Position numbers and translations under genes: made by a program
DNA from: Candidatus Micrarchaeota archaeon
GTDB lineage: Archaea; Micrarchaeota; Micrarchaeia; Anstonellales; Bilamarchaeaceae
Assembly (NCBI GenBank): GCA_029557835.1
Contig: JAKQHW010000011.1
Span: forward strand, 1 to 51,414
DNA length: 51,414 nucleotides
Direction of reading: 5' to 3'
Shown here: positions 15,199 through 22,812 of the stretch, in pieces
Position numbering within the stretch: the stretch's first letter is position 1
How the letters are laid out: the number at the start of each line of letters is the position of its first letter
Notes under the pieces: model-generated
The model's database searches: none
What the model was told of the DNA's origin: nothing
Seen by the model: the letters and a program-made list of their open reading frames with translations, nothing else

Positions 15199-15845
15199 GG
15201 GAGATTTTCAGGGGGGTGTACGAGGAGGGCGGGAAGCTCTACACCCTCAATTTCGCACCGGGCACCAAAGTCTACGGGGAGGACGTGCTCAGGGCCGGCG
15301 GTAAGGAATACCGCTCATGGATGCCGAGCAGGAGCAAGCTCGGCTCAGCGATAAAGAAGGGGCTGAAGGAGATGCCCATAATGCCGGGCTCGAAGGTGCT
15401 TTACCTAGGCGCGGCGACCGGCACGACCGTGTCGCACGTTTCGGACATAGTCGGAGGGGAGGGGGAGGTGTACGCGGTGGAGATTTCGGCACATTCCATG
15501 AAGTCCCTTCTCCAGGTGTGCGAGCACAGGGGCAACATAATCCCCATACTTGCGGATGCCGGCAGGCCGCAGGAATACGAGGAGGTCGGCGGGGTGGACG
15601 TGGTGTTCGAGGACGTCGCGCACCCGGACCAGGCGGAGATGATGGTTAAGAACGCGAGGTTCCTGGGGAAGGGCGGCTATGCGATGATTGCGATAAAGTC
15701 CCAGAGCATCGATGTGACGAAAAGGCCGGAGGAGATATACGCGAGGGTTGAGAAGGAGCTGGAGGGGACTTTTGAGGTGGTGGAAAGGATATCCCTGGAG
15801 CCTTACGAGCGGGATCATCTATTTCTTCTTTTGAGAAAGAAGTGA
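15186..15845 (+). CDS. flpA: fibrillarin-like rRNA/tRNA 2'-O-methyltransferase
   Basis: YRSWMPSRSKLGSAI, VLYLGAATGTTVSHVSDIV and AVEISAHS are typical of archaeal fibrillarin. It overlaps the preceding lipoprotein gene by 13 nt. Confidence 0.9.
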   Translation: MRQMREIFRGVYEEGGKLYTLNFAPGTKVYGEDVLRAGGKEYRSWMPSRSKLGSAIKKGLKEMPIMPGSKVLYLGAATGTTVSHVSDIVGGEGEVYAVEISAHSMKSLLQVCEHRGNIIPILADAGRPQEYEEVGGVDVVFEDVAHPDQAEMMVKNARFLGKGGYAMIAIKSQSIDVTKRPEEIYARVEKELEGTFEVVERISLEPYERDHLFLLLRKK

Positions 15846-17204
15846 GTATTCGGTGAACTTCTTGAGCGCGCGGACAGCGAAATCCGGGGAGTCGTAGGAA
15901 GGTATTCCGTACCTGTCCCACACCTTCCTGCTCTCCGCGGTGTAGTCCCCGCCGACAGCGACCGCGAATATCGGCTTCTTCCTCTGGTCTGAGGCGGATA
16001 TCACGATGTCCAGTATGCTGGAGTCCAGCGCTGGGGCCTGGAAAAGCACTATGACTATTATGGAGTCCACATTGGGGTCTGCAAGCAGCGCGTCAAGCGC
16101 CTTCCGGTATTCCTCGGGGCCGGAATCCGCGATCAGGTCTATGGGGTTCCCCACCTTCCCGTATTGCGGAAGCACTTCCCTTATAACTTTCTCGGTCTCC
16201 GAGGAGAGCTGCGCAAGCTGCAGGCCCTCCGCCTCTATCGCGTCAGCGCTTAGCACCCCCAGCCCGCCTCCGTCAGTCAGCACGGCAACCCTCCTCCCCT
16301 TGGGAAGCGGCTGGCTGAACGCGTTTACCACGTGGAAAAGCTCGGCGAGGGAATTGGCCTCTATCACCCTGGACTGCCTGAAAGCCGCCTGGTAGGCGGT
16401 GTAATTGCCCGCGATGTTCCCGGTGTGGGACATTGCCGCCTGGGAGGCGCCCGCGGTCTTGCCCGCCTTGAGCACTATGACCGGCTTTTTCTTTCCGACC
16501 TTCTTCATGACCTCGAACAGCTTCCTCCCGTCCTTGGTCCCCTCGAGGTACAGGATTATCTGCCTGGTGCGCGGGTCGGAGCCGAAATACTCCACAAGGT
16601 CCGCATCGTCTATCGTGAGCGCGTTCCCGTAGGATGCGAATTTCGCGAAGCCAACCCCGAAATGCGCGGCCATGTCAACTATGCAGCTTCCGACCGCGCC
16701 GCTCTGGGTCGCGAAGGAGATCTCGCCTATGCGGGGCCTCCCCAGTTTGTAGAATGGGAAGAACAGCGTGTCCAGCCTTTTGGACGGGTCGAGCGCGCCG
16801 AGGCAGTTCGGCCCTATCATCGCGATTCCGTATTTCTTCACGGCCTTGGACAGCTTCTCGTCAAGGTCCTTCCTCCCTATCTCGCCGAAGCCGGCGGAGA
16901 GGACTATCGCGCCCTTCACCCCCTTCCTTCCGCACTGCTCCATCACGGATGGGATGTGCTCCGCGGGTATGGCGAAGACCGCGAGGTCGACCTTCCCGGG
17001 TATGGAGTGCACATCCGGGTAGCAGCGCAGCCCGAGCACCTCCCTGTACTTGGGGTTCACCGGGTATACCTTCCCCTGGAAGCTCGCGTCCATTATGTTC
17101 TTCAGGACCACGTGCCCGAGCTTGCCCGTGGCAGGGGAGCCCCCTATTACCGCAATCGAATCCGGCTCGAAAACATGGTTTAGGTTCCTCACGTCCCTGC
17201 GCAT
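15819..17204 (-). CDS. acdA: ADP-forming acetyl-CoA synthetase, alpha subunit (CoA-binding/succinyl-CoA synthetase-like)
   Basis: FEPDSIAVIGGS...VYPVNPKY...GPNCLG and the MSHTGN phospho-His loop are present. Confidence 0.85.
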   Translation of the reverse strand: MRRDVRNLNHVFEPDSIAVIGGSPATGKLGHVVLKNIMDASFQGKVYPVNPKYREVLGLRCYPDVHSIPGKVDLAVFAIPAEHIPSVMEQCGRKGVKGAIVLSAGFGEIGRKDLDEKLSKAVKKYGIAMIGPNCLGALDPSKRLDTLFFPFYKLGRPRIGEISFATQSGAVGSCIVDMAAHFGVGFAKFASYGNALTIDDADLVEYFGSDPRTRQIILYLEGTKDGRKLFEVMKKVGKKKPVIVLKAGKTAGASQAAMSHTGNIAGNYTAYQAAFRQSRVIEANSLAELFHVVNAFSQPLPKGRRVAVLTDGGGLGVLSADAIEAEGLQLAQLSSETEKVIREVLPQYGKVGNPIDLIADSGPEEYRKALDALLADPNVDSIIVIVLFQAPALDSSILDIVISASDQRKKPIFAVAVGGDYTAESRKVWDRYGIPSYDSPDFAVRALKKFTEYSLLSQKKK

Positions 17205-17207
17205 ACC

Positions 17208-17840
17208 TCACACCCCCCTCCTTATCCTCACGTCGACTATGTCGTATCCGCGCTCGTCGAAAACGACCGGGTTCAGGTCCATCTCCTCGATGTCCTCCTC
17301 CACCATTATCCTGCAGACCCTTACCATAAGCTCCTCCAGGGATGCTATGTCGATGGGCCGTATCCCCCTAACGCCAGTTATCAGCGGGTTGGAGCGCAGC
17401 TCCATCACCATCTCCCTGACGTCCTCCTTCCTTATGGGGCAGATGCGGGCGGAGATGTCGCGGAACACCTCCACGTACACGCCCCCCAGCCCGAGCACCA
17501 CCATGTGCCCGAACTGCGGGTCCTTCTTCCCCCCTATCAGTATCTCAAGCCCCTTGCGGGCCATCTTCTGCACGAGCATCCCGGACGTCCTGTGGCCGCG
17601 GACGCTCTCCATTATGTCGTCGTACGCCGCAAGCATCCTTTCCTCGTTCTTGAGCCCCACCTTCACCGCGCCGTAATCGGTCTTGTGGGATATCTCGCTG
17701 GAGACTATCTTGAGGGCCACCGGGTAGCCGAGCCTTTTCGCGATTCTCGCGGCCTCCTTCTCGCTTTTTGCGATCCCATACGGGATGAGCCTGATTCCAT
17801 GCTTCTCCAAGAGGGAGAATTCCGGGATGCGTGCGGGCAT
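17208..17840 (-). CDS. acdB: ADP-forming acetyl-CoA synthetase, beta subunit (ATP-grasp)
   Basis: LLEKHGIRLIPYG...GYPVALKIVSSEISHKTDYGAVKVGL is an ATP-grasp domain. It lies directly upstream of acdA. Confidence 0.8.
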   Translation of the reverse strand: MPARIPEFSLLEKHGIRLIPYGIAKSEKEAARIAKRLGYPVALKIVSSEISHKTDYGAVKVGLKNEERMLAAYDDIMESVRGHRTSGMLVQKMARKGLEILIGGKKDPQFGHMVVLGLGGVYVEVFRDISARICPIRKEDVREMVMELRSNPLITGVRGIRPIDIASLEELMVRVCRIMVEEDIEEMDLNPVVFDERGYDIVDVRIRRGV

Positions 17841-17900
17841 GCGCTAGGCATCTTGTAGAAAATTTAAAAATGCACTCCGAGCATAGGAGGCGGCGAGAAA

Positions 17901-19151
17901 ATGGGAAAAATGAAGTTGCAGTGCCTCGGCGCGGGGCAGGAGGTCGGAAGGAGCTGCTTTGTCCTGGAGACGGACCAGAAGGTGATGCTGGACTGCGGGC
18001 TCAAGATTTACGAGGTGGGCGAAGGCAGGGACATGTTCCCGCTCCCGTTCAGGGGAAGGCTGGACGCAATCGTACTTGGGCACGCGCATTTCGACCATTC
18101 CGGTTACCTCCCTTCCATGTTCGCGCATGGGGGGCCGGACTGGTTCTCCACGCCCCCGACCGCGGAGATAACCAACCTGCTCTGGGCGGATTCGATGAAG
18201 ATAATGGGCGACAGGTCCCCGTACACGGAGGCGGAGATCGCGAAGGCGAACAGGAAATGGGTGGGGCTGGAGTACGGGAAGAGGCTGCACCTGGGAAAGA
18301 CGGCCTTCCGGCTGCACGACGCGGGGCACATACTAGGGGCCGCGATGGTGGAGGCGGAGCACGGGGGGAGGAGGTTCGTTTATACGGGCGACTTCAAGAT
18401 GGAAGGGAGCAGGATGCACGCCGGCGCGGAGCCGGTGAAGGATGTGGACGTGCTCGTGATCGAGAGCACATACAGCAGCAGGGAGCACCCGGAGAGGAAG
18501 GGGCTGGAGAGGAAGCTCGCGGAGGATGTTGCGGAAGTGATAGACTCTGGGGGCAACGCGCTTTTCCCGGCTTTCGCGGTGGGGAGGACGCAGGAGCTGA
18601 TAAGCATAATACGCGCACACAACAAGGGCGTCCCTATATTCGTGGACGGGATGGGCAAGGAGGTCACAAGGATGTGCATGAGGAACCCGGGCTACATAAG
18701 GGACGCGGAGGAGTTCGGGGAGCACGCGGAGAGCGCGGTATTCGTGCAGGGGAGGGAGGACAGGGTGGACGCGACCTCCATGCCATCTGTGATAATAAGC
18801 ACGGCAGGCATGCTGCAGGGCGGGCCCGCGCTGCAGTACATGCTCAACCTGATGCCCGGCTCAAAGATGTATTTCACAGGATACAACGTGGAGGGGACGA
18901 ACGGGTGGAGGATGATGAAGGAGAGCAGGATCCTCCTGGAAGGGAACCTGCTCGAGGTGGACACGCCCTGGGAGTATTACGACTTCTCGGCGCACGCCGG
19001 GAGGGCGGACCTGCTTGAATTCATACGCAAGGCAGGGCCGGAGAAGATAGTGCTCAACCACGGGGACGGGATTCCGGCCTTCGCGGAGGAGCTGCGCGGG
19101 CAGGGATACGAGGTCCACGCCCCAAAGAACGGCGACACCATCGAGCTATGA
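17901..19151 (+). CDS. metallo-beta-lactamase/beta-CASP ribonuclease (aCPSF2-like)
   Basis: It has CLGAGQEVGRSCF, the HxHxDH motif (GHAHFDHSG) and beta-CASP motifs. It is 416 aa with no KH domains. Confidence 0.8.
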   Translation: MGKMKLQCLGAGQEVGRSCFVLETDQKVMLDCGLKIYEVGEGRDMFPLPFRGRLDAIVLGHAHFDHSGYLPSMFAHGGPDWFSTPPTAEITNLLWADSMKIMGDRSPYTEAEIAKANRKWVGLEYGKRLHLGKTAFRLHDAGHILGAAMVEAEHGGRRFVYTGDFKMEGSRMHAGAEPVKDVDVLVIESTYSSREHPERKGLERKLAEDVAEVIDSGGNALFPAFAVGRTQELISIIRAHNKGVPIFVDGMGKEVTRMCMRNPGYIRDAEEFGEHAESAVFVQGREDRVDATSMPSVIISTAGMLQGGPALQYMLNLMPGSKMYFTGYNVEGTNGWRMMKESRILLEGNLLEVDTPWEYYDFSAHAGRADLLEFIRKAGPEKIVLNHGDGIPAFAEELRGQGYEVHAPKNGDTIEL

Positions 19152-19562
19152 GCGGCGGGAGAAGAGAAGGGGGGCGAAAAGCGGGAGAATTGCCGCCGCT
19201 AGGCAGAACGTGCTCTGCTTTGGGGGCGCGGCCCGGTCCTCGCAAAGCCCCCTGGCGAAAGTGTTGAGCGGGTCTATGTTCCCGCACACTGATTCGTTGT
19301 TGGTTACGCGCGCGACCTCCATGTAGCAGCGGTCCCTGCCAGAGCCGATGAACGCGTCCCCGCGGGATGTGTCTATCATGTCGCACATCGCCACCCCGCC
19401 CGCGGCATCGTCGTGCAGGATTGCGCGGTTAAGCGCCGCGTTGGTGCAGGGGGTGGCTGTGCGGTTCTGGATGCAGTTCTGCTCGTGGCCCATCAATTCG
19501 CCCACGCACCCGGAAAAGGCAAGCAGGAAAGCCACGGACAATGCGATGAGCGCCCTGTTCAT
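19146..19562 (-). CDS. lipoprotein with C-terminal hydrophobic anchor-like segment
   Basis: The start at 19562 forms an ATGA overlap with the upstream stop. It has a signal peptide with a lipobox (LLAFSGC). The C-terminus FCLAAAILPLFAPLLFSRRS resembles a sorting/anchor signal. Confidence 0.5.
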   Translation of the reverse strand: MNRALIALSVAFLLAFSGCVGELMGHEQNCIQNRTATPCTNAALNRAILHDDAAGGVAMCDMIDTSRGDAFIGSGRDRCYMEVARVTNNESVCGNIDPLNTFARGLCEDRAAPPKQSTFCLAAAILPLFAPLLFSRRS

Positions 19563-20086
19563 CCCCTCGCCTCGAAAAGCCATTTGAACGAGTCCCTCTT
19601 CAGGGCTTCCTTCGCCATCTTCTTCGCGGAAGCGGTCTTCAGGAGCGCTGATGCGCGCTCAATCCACTGCTCCACGTATTTGTTACCAAGGTCCCTGTAT
19701 TCCTTCGCCTGGAAGATGAGCTCGAGCCGGTCCGCGTCCTTCGCGACCTCCATCACGCGGGCGTCCCTGAAAAGTTCCGGTATCTCTGGAAGCGGCGCGA
19801 ACGTGTCCGCCTGCGCCCTGCCCTCGTCTATCTCCATGTATCTCTTCCCAACGATGTGCACGTCGTTTATCCGGACCTCGTGCAAATCGTGGAACAGGGC
19901 CGCAAGCGCCGCCTTCTCCGGGTCCACGCCCTCCTTTTTCGCTAGGATGTATGCGATGACCGCAGAACGGTAGGAATGCTCGGATACGCTCTCCGGCTTT
20001 ATCCCTATGGTCTTCCAGCCCGAGCGCTCCACTCTGCGCAGCGCGCCTGCCTGGTATATGAAGTCTATCTCGTCCAGATTACTCAC
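19559..20086 (-). CDS. HD-domain phosphohydrolase, YfbR-like 5'-deoxynucleotidase family
   Basis: RSGWK...ESVSEHSYRSAVIAY and ALFHDLHEVRINDV are HD-domain signatures. Confidence 0.75.
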   Translation of the reverse strand: MSNLDEIDFIYQAGALRRVERSGWKTIGIKPESVSEHSYRSAVIAYILAKKEGVDPEKAALAALFHDLHEVRINDVHIVGKRYMEIDEGRAQADTFAPLPEIPELFRDARVMEVAKDADRLELIFQAKEYRDLGNKYVEQWIERASALLKTASAKKMAKEALKRDSFKWLFEARG

Positions 20087-21278
20087 CGAACTTATGCCTC
20101 ATCATGGAGATGGTCTCCTGGGGCGTGTGGCCCAGCTTTATGAGCTTTGTGTGCCCCCTTATCCCCTTCCCGCTCTCGACGGTCGTCACCAGCCCGAGCA
20201 TCTCCAGGTCAGTGAGGTAGCTCCTGTAAGAGCGCGCGGTCTTGGCGGATTTCCTGAGCTTGGAGCAGAGCTCGGAATAGTCCTCGTAAACCTCCCCGGA
20301 GAAGAGGTATCCGTCCTTCCCCTCCTCGAACCTCGCGTATTTGCTCCCCGAAAGGGTGAGGCGCGCGACCGCGTAGAGCACGAGCTGGTGGTGCTCCGGC
20401 AGCTTGTCGACCGCCTCCTTCACAAGGTCGGTCTCCACTATTTCCCTCGCCCCCTTCACCTCGGCGTCGGTTATCCTCCCGAGGCCCTTTTCCTCGGCGT
20501 ATTCGGCCGCGCGCGCGATCAGCTTTAGCGCGTAGCGCGCGTCCCCGGACTCCTGCGCGGTGTACGCGCTGGCGAGGTTTATCGCGCCCGGGGTTATCGC
20601 GTCCTTGTTGAATGCGAGCTCCACCCTCTGCTGCAGGATTTTCTGCAGCTGGGGCGCGGTGTATGGGGGGAACACCATCTCCCTCTCGTAGAGGCTGCTC
20701 TTGCTGCGCGGGTCGAGCCCCTCCTTGAACGTGAGGCGGTTGGATATGCCCACCAGGGAGACGCCGCCGCGCTCCAGCTCGTCGTTCGCCCTTGTGAGCG
20801 TGTATATCAGCTCGTCTATGTTCTTAGCCATGTCTATCTCGTCCAGCACGAGTATCAGCTGCCTCCCCTCCCCGCACCACTCGAGCATCTTCTCGTAATA
20901 AAAAGGCAGCCCGTACCCCTGCTTGTCAAGGCCGTTGGTGAGCGCCTTTATCGCCTTGGACAGGATGCGGTAGGGCTTGTTGTACATCCTGCAGTTTATG
21001 TATGTGATGCGGGCGTTTTGGCGCTCCTCCTCGAATTTCCTGGCCACGTGCTTGACCGAGCAGGTCTTGCCGGTGCCGGTCTTCCCGTATATCATGAGGT
21101 TGCGCGCCTTCCTGCCCTGGAGGGCGGGGGCGAGTATGGACATCAGCTCCCTTATCTGGTGCTCCCTGAAATGGAGGGTGTCGGGTATGAAATGGGGTGA
21201 GAGCACGTCCCTGTCGCGGTATATGCGCGAGGGGCCAGTGAAGTCTCCAAAAGAAGGCATCTCAGCACCGGAAAGCAT
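20079..21278 (-). CDS. cdc6: Orc1/Cdc6 replication initiator
   Basis: It has an AAA+ Walker A (YGKTGTGKT), Walker B (LVLDEID) and a C-terminal winged helix. An alternative ATG is at 21260. Confidence 0.92.
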   Translation of the reverse strand: MLSGAEMPSFGDFTGPSRIYRDRDVLSPHFIPDTLHFREHQIRELMSILAPALQGRKARNLMIYGKTGTGKTCSVKHVARKFEEERQNARITYINCRMYNKPYRILSKAIKALTNGLDKQGYGLPFYYEKMLEWCGEGRQLILVLDEIDMAKNIDELIYTLTRANDELERGGVSLVGISNRLTFKEGLDPRSKSSLYEREMVFPPYTAPQLQKILQQRVELAFNKDAITPGAINLASAYTAQESGDARYALKLIARAAEYAEEKGLGRITDAEVKGAREIVETDLVKEAVDKLPEHHQLVLYAVARLTLSGSKYARFEEGKDGYLFSGEVYEDYSELCSKLRKSAKTARSYRSYLTDLEMLGLVTTVESGKGIRGHTKLIKLGHTPQETISMMRHKFGE

Positions 21279-21387
21279 TCTTGGTTGGAAGCATTTAATA
21301 AGATTGGGATTAGTGGAAACGGCGCTTTGGCCCGGAGGAGGGAGGGTTTATTAATCCTTTTCGTCCAATAGCTGGACACACGGCGTA

Positions 21388-21777
21388 ATGGCAGGTGACA
21401 GGATGGGAATATTCGACAAGATTTTCGGGAAAGAGAAAGAGACCGAAGAGCCTGACCTTGGGCAATACCTCGAGATAGAGGAGGAAGGCGACGTGGTGAA
21501 CCCGCCGGCGGACTTCTATGTCAAGAGGATAGACCTGAGGAACGAGGGCGACGCGAACCTCGCGCTCAAGGAGCTCACGAGCAAGAACATAATAATCGTG
21601 AACGTGACCCCCCTCTCGAAGCAGCCGAACAGGCTGAAGGGGATAATCGGCAAGCTCAAGGTGAGCGCGGAGAAGATGAACGGCGACATAGCGCTGCTCA
21701 CGCAGGAGCTCGTTCTCCTAACTCCCTCCAAAGTGAAGATAGTGAAGTCTAAGCAGAAGCCTGTGGAGAAGGCCTGA
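21388..21777 (+). CDS. sepF: cell division protein SepF (archaeal type)
   Basis: The N-terminal amphipathic helix is MGIFDKIFGK (the ATG at 21403 is possibly the true start). The C-terminal SepF core is IIIVNVTPL...GDIALLTQELVLLTPSKVKI. Confidence 0.7.
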   Translation: MAGDRMGIFDKIFGKEKETEEPDLGQYLEIEEEGDVVNPPADFYVKRIDLRNEGDANLALKELTSKNIIIVNVTPLSKQPNRLKGIIGKLKVSAEKMNGDIALLTQELVLLTPSKVKIVKSKQKPVEKA

Positions 21778-21840
21778 GCTTAGCTTCCCTCCGGGGCGCG
21801 AGCCCCCTGATTTTTATTATTCATCGTTTTAGGTGTAACC

Positions 21841-22752
21841 ATGCTCAAGGTGGATTTCCTGGGGACCGGAGGCGCGGTCCCTTCCATAAAGAGGGCCATG
21901 CCGGCCATTGCCCTCCACTGGGACAAGCTGTTCCTGTGGGACTGCGGGGAGGGCACGCAGAGGGAGATGATGAGGCGCGGCGTCGGGTACGGGGGCGTGG
22001 AGGCGATATTCATAACCCACATGCACCTGGACCACTTCATGGGCGTGTTCGGGCTGATAGAGACCATAAGGATGAACACGCAGAGGGAGCACCTGCGCAT
22101 CTTCGCGCCAAGGGGGCTGGCGCGCATAATCGAGGCGATGAGCCCGTCCTTCGCACGCAGGCCGGACTTCATACAGTTCGGCGAGATGCACGAGGGCGAG
22201 CTCTACCGCGGCAAGGACTATTCCATATCCGCGTTCAGGGTGGAGCACGGTAGGGAGGCGTACGGGCTCGTTTTCCACGAGGACGACAAGGTGAAGTTCA
22301 ACGAGAAGGAGGCGAAGGGGCGCGGTCTGCGGGGAAAGATGTTCCGCGAGATACAGGAGAGGGGGGAAGTGGAGGTTGCGGGGAAGAGGGTAAAGCTTGA
22401 GGAGGTGAGCTGGGTGAGGAAGGGTATCAAGGCGGTTTATTCCGGGGACACGATGCCGTCGGAGAGGGTCGCGCTCGCGGCAAGGGGCGCGGACCTGCTC
22501 ATACACGACGCCACCTTCGGGGAGGGGATGGGCGACGAGGCCGAGGGGAGGATGCACACCACCGCGGCAGGGGCCGCGAGGATTGCGAAGGCGGCTGGAG
22601 TGAAAAGGCTGGTTTTGACGCACATAAGCTGCAGGTACGCTGGCGCGGAGAAGGAACTGCTCTCTGAAGCGCGGGCGATATTCAGGAACTCTGAGTTGGC
22701 CAAGGATGGGATGTCGCTGGAAGTGAAGCCGGAGAAGGAAGAGCCGGAATAG
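21841..22752 (+). CDS. rnz: ribonuclease Z (tRNA 3' endonuclease)
   Basis: LGTGGAVP, the HxHxDH motif (ITHMHLDH) and THIS are present. The ~300 aa size fits short-form RNase Z. Confidence 0.9.
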   Translation: MLKVDFLGTGGAVPSIKRAMPAIALHWDKLFLWDCGEGTQREMMRRGVGYGGVEAIFITHMHLDHFMGVFGLIETIRMNTQREHLRIFAPRGLARIIEAMSPSFARRPDFIQFGEMHEGELYRGKDYSISAFRVEHGREAYGLVFHEDDKVKFNEKEAKGRGLRGKMFREIQERGEVEVAGKRVKLEEVSWVRKGIKAVYSGDTMPSERVALAARGADLLIHDATFGEGMGDEAEGRMHTTAAGAARIAKAAGVKRLVLTHISCRYAGAEKELLSEARAIFRNSELAKDGMSLEVKPEKEEPE

Positions 22753-22812
22753 GGAGGAAACGCACTCAGCAAAGGAATAAATACCGCTGAATTGAAATTA
22801 TAGTGCAATAAT

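Noticed and set aside
17831-19018. 395-aa plus-strand ORF (Arg/Gly-rich) overlapping the beta-CASP RNase gene in another frame
   Set aside because: The alternative frame 17901..19151 has the full metallo-beta-lactamase/beta-CASP motif set. The Arg/Gly/Glu-rich translation is characteristic of an off-frame reading of GC-rich coding DNA.
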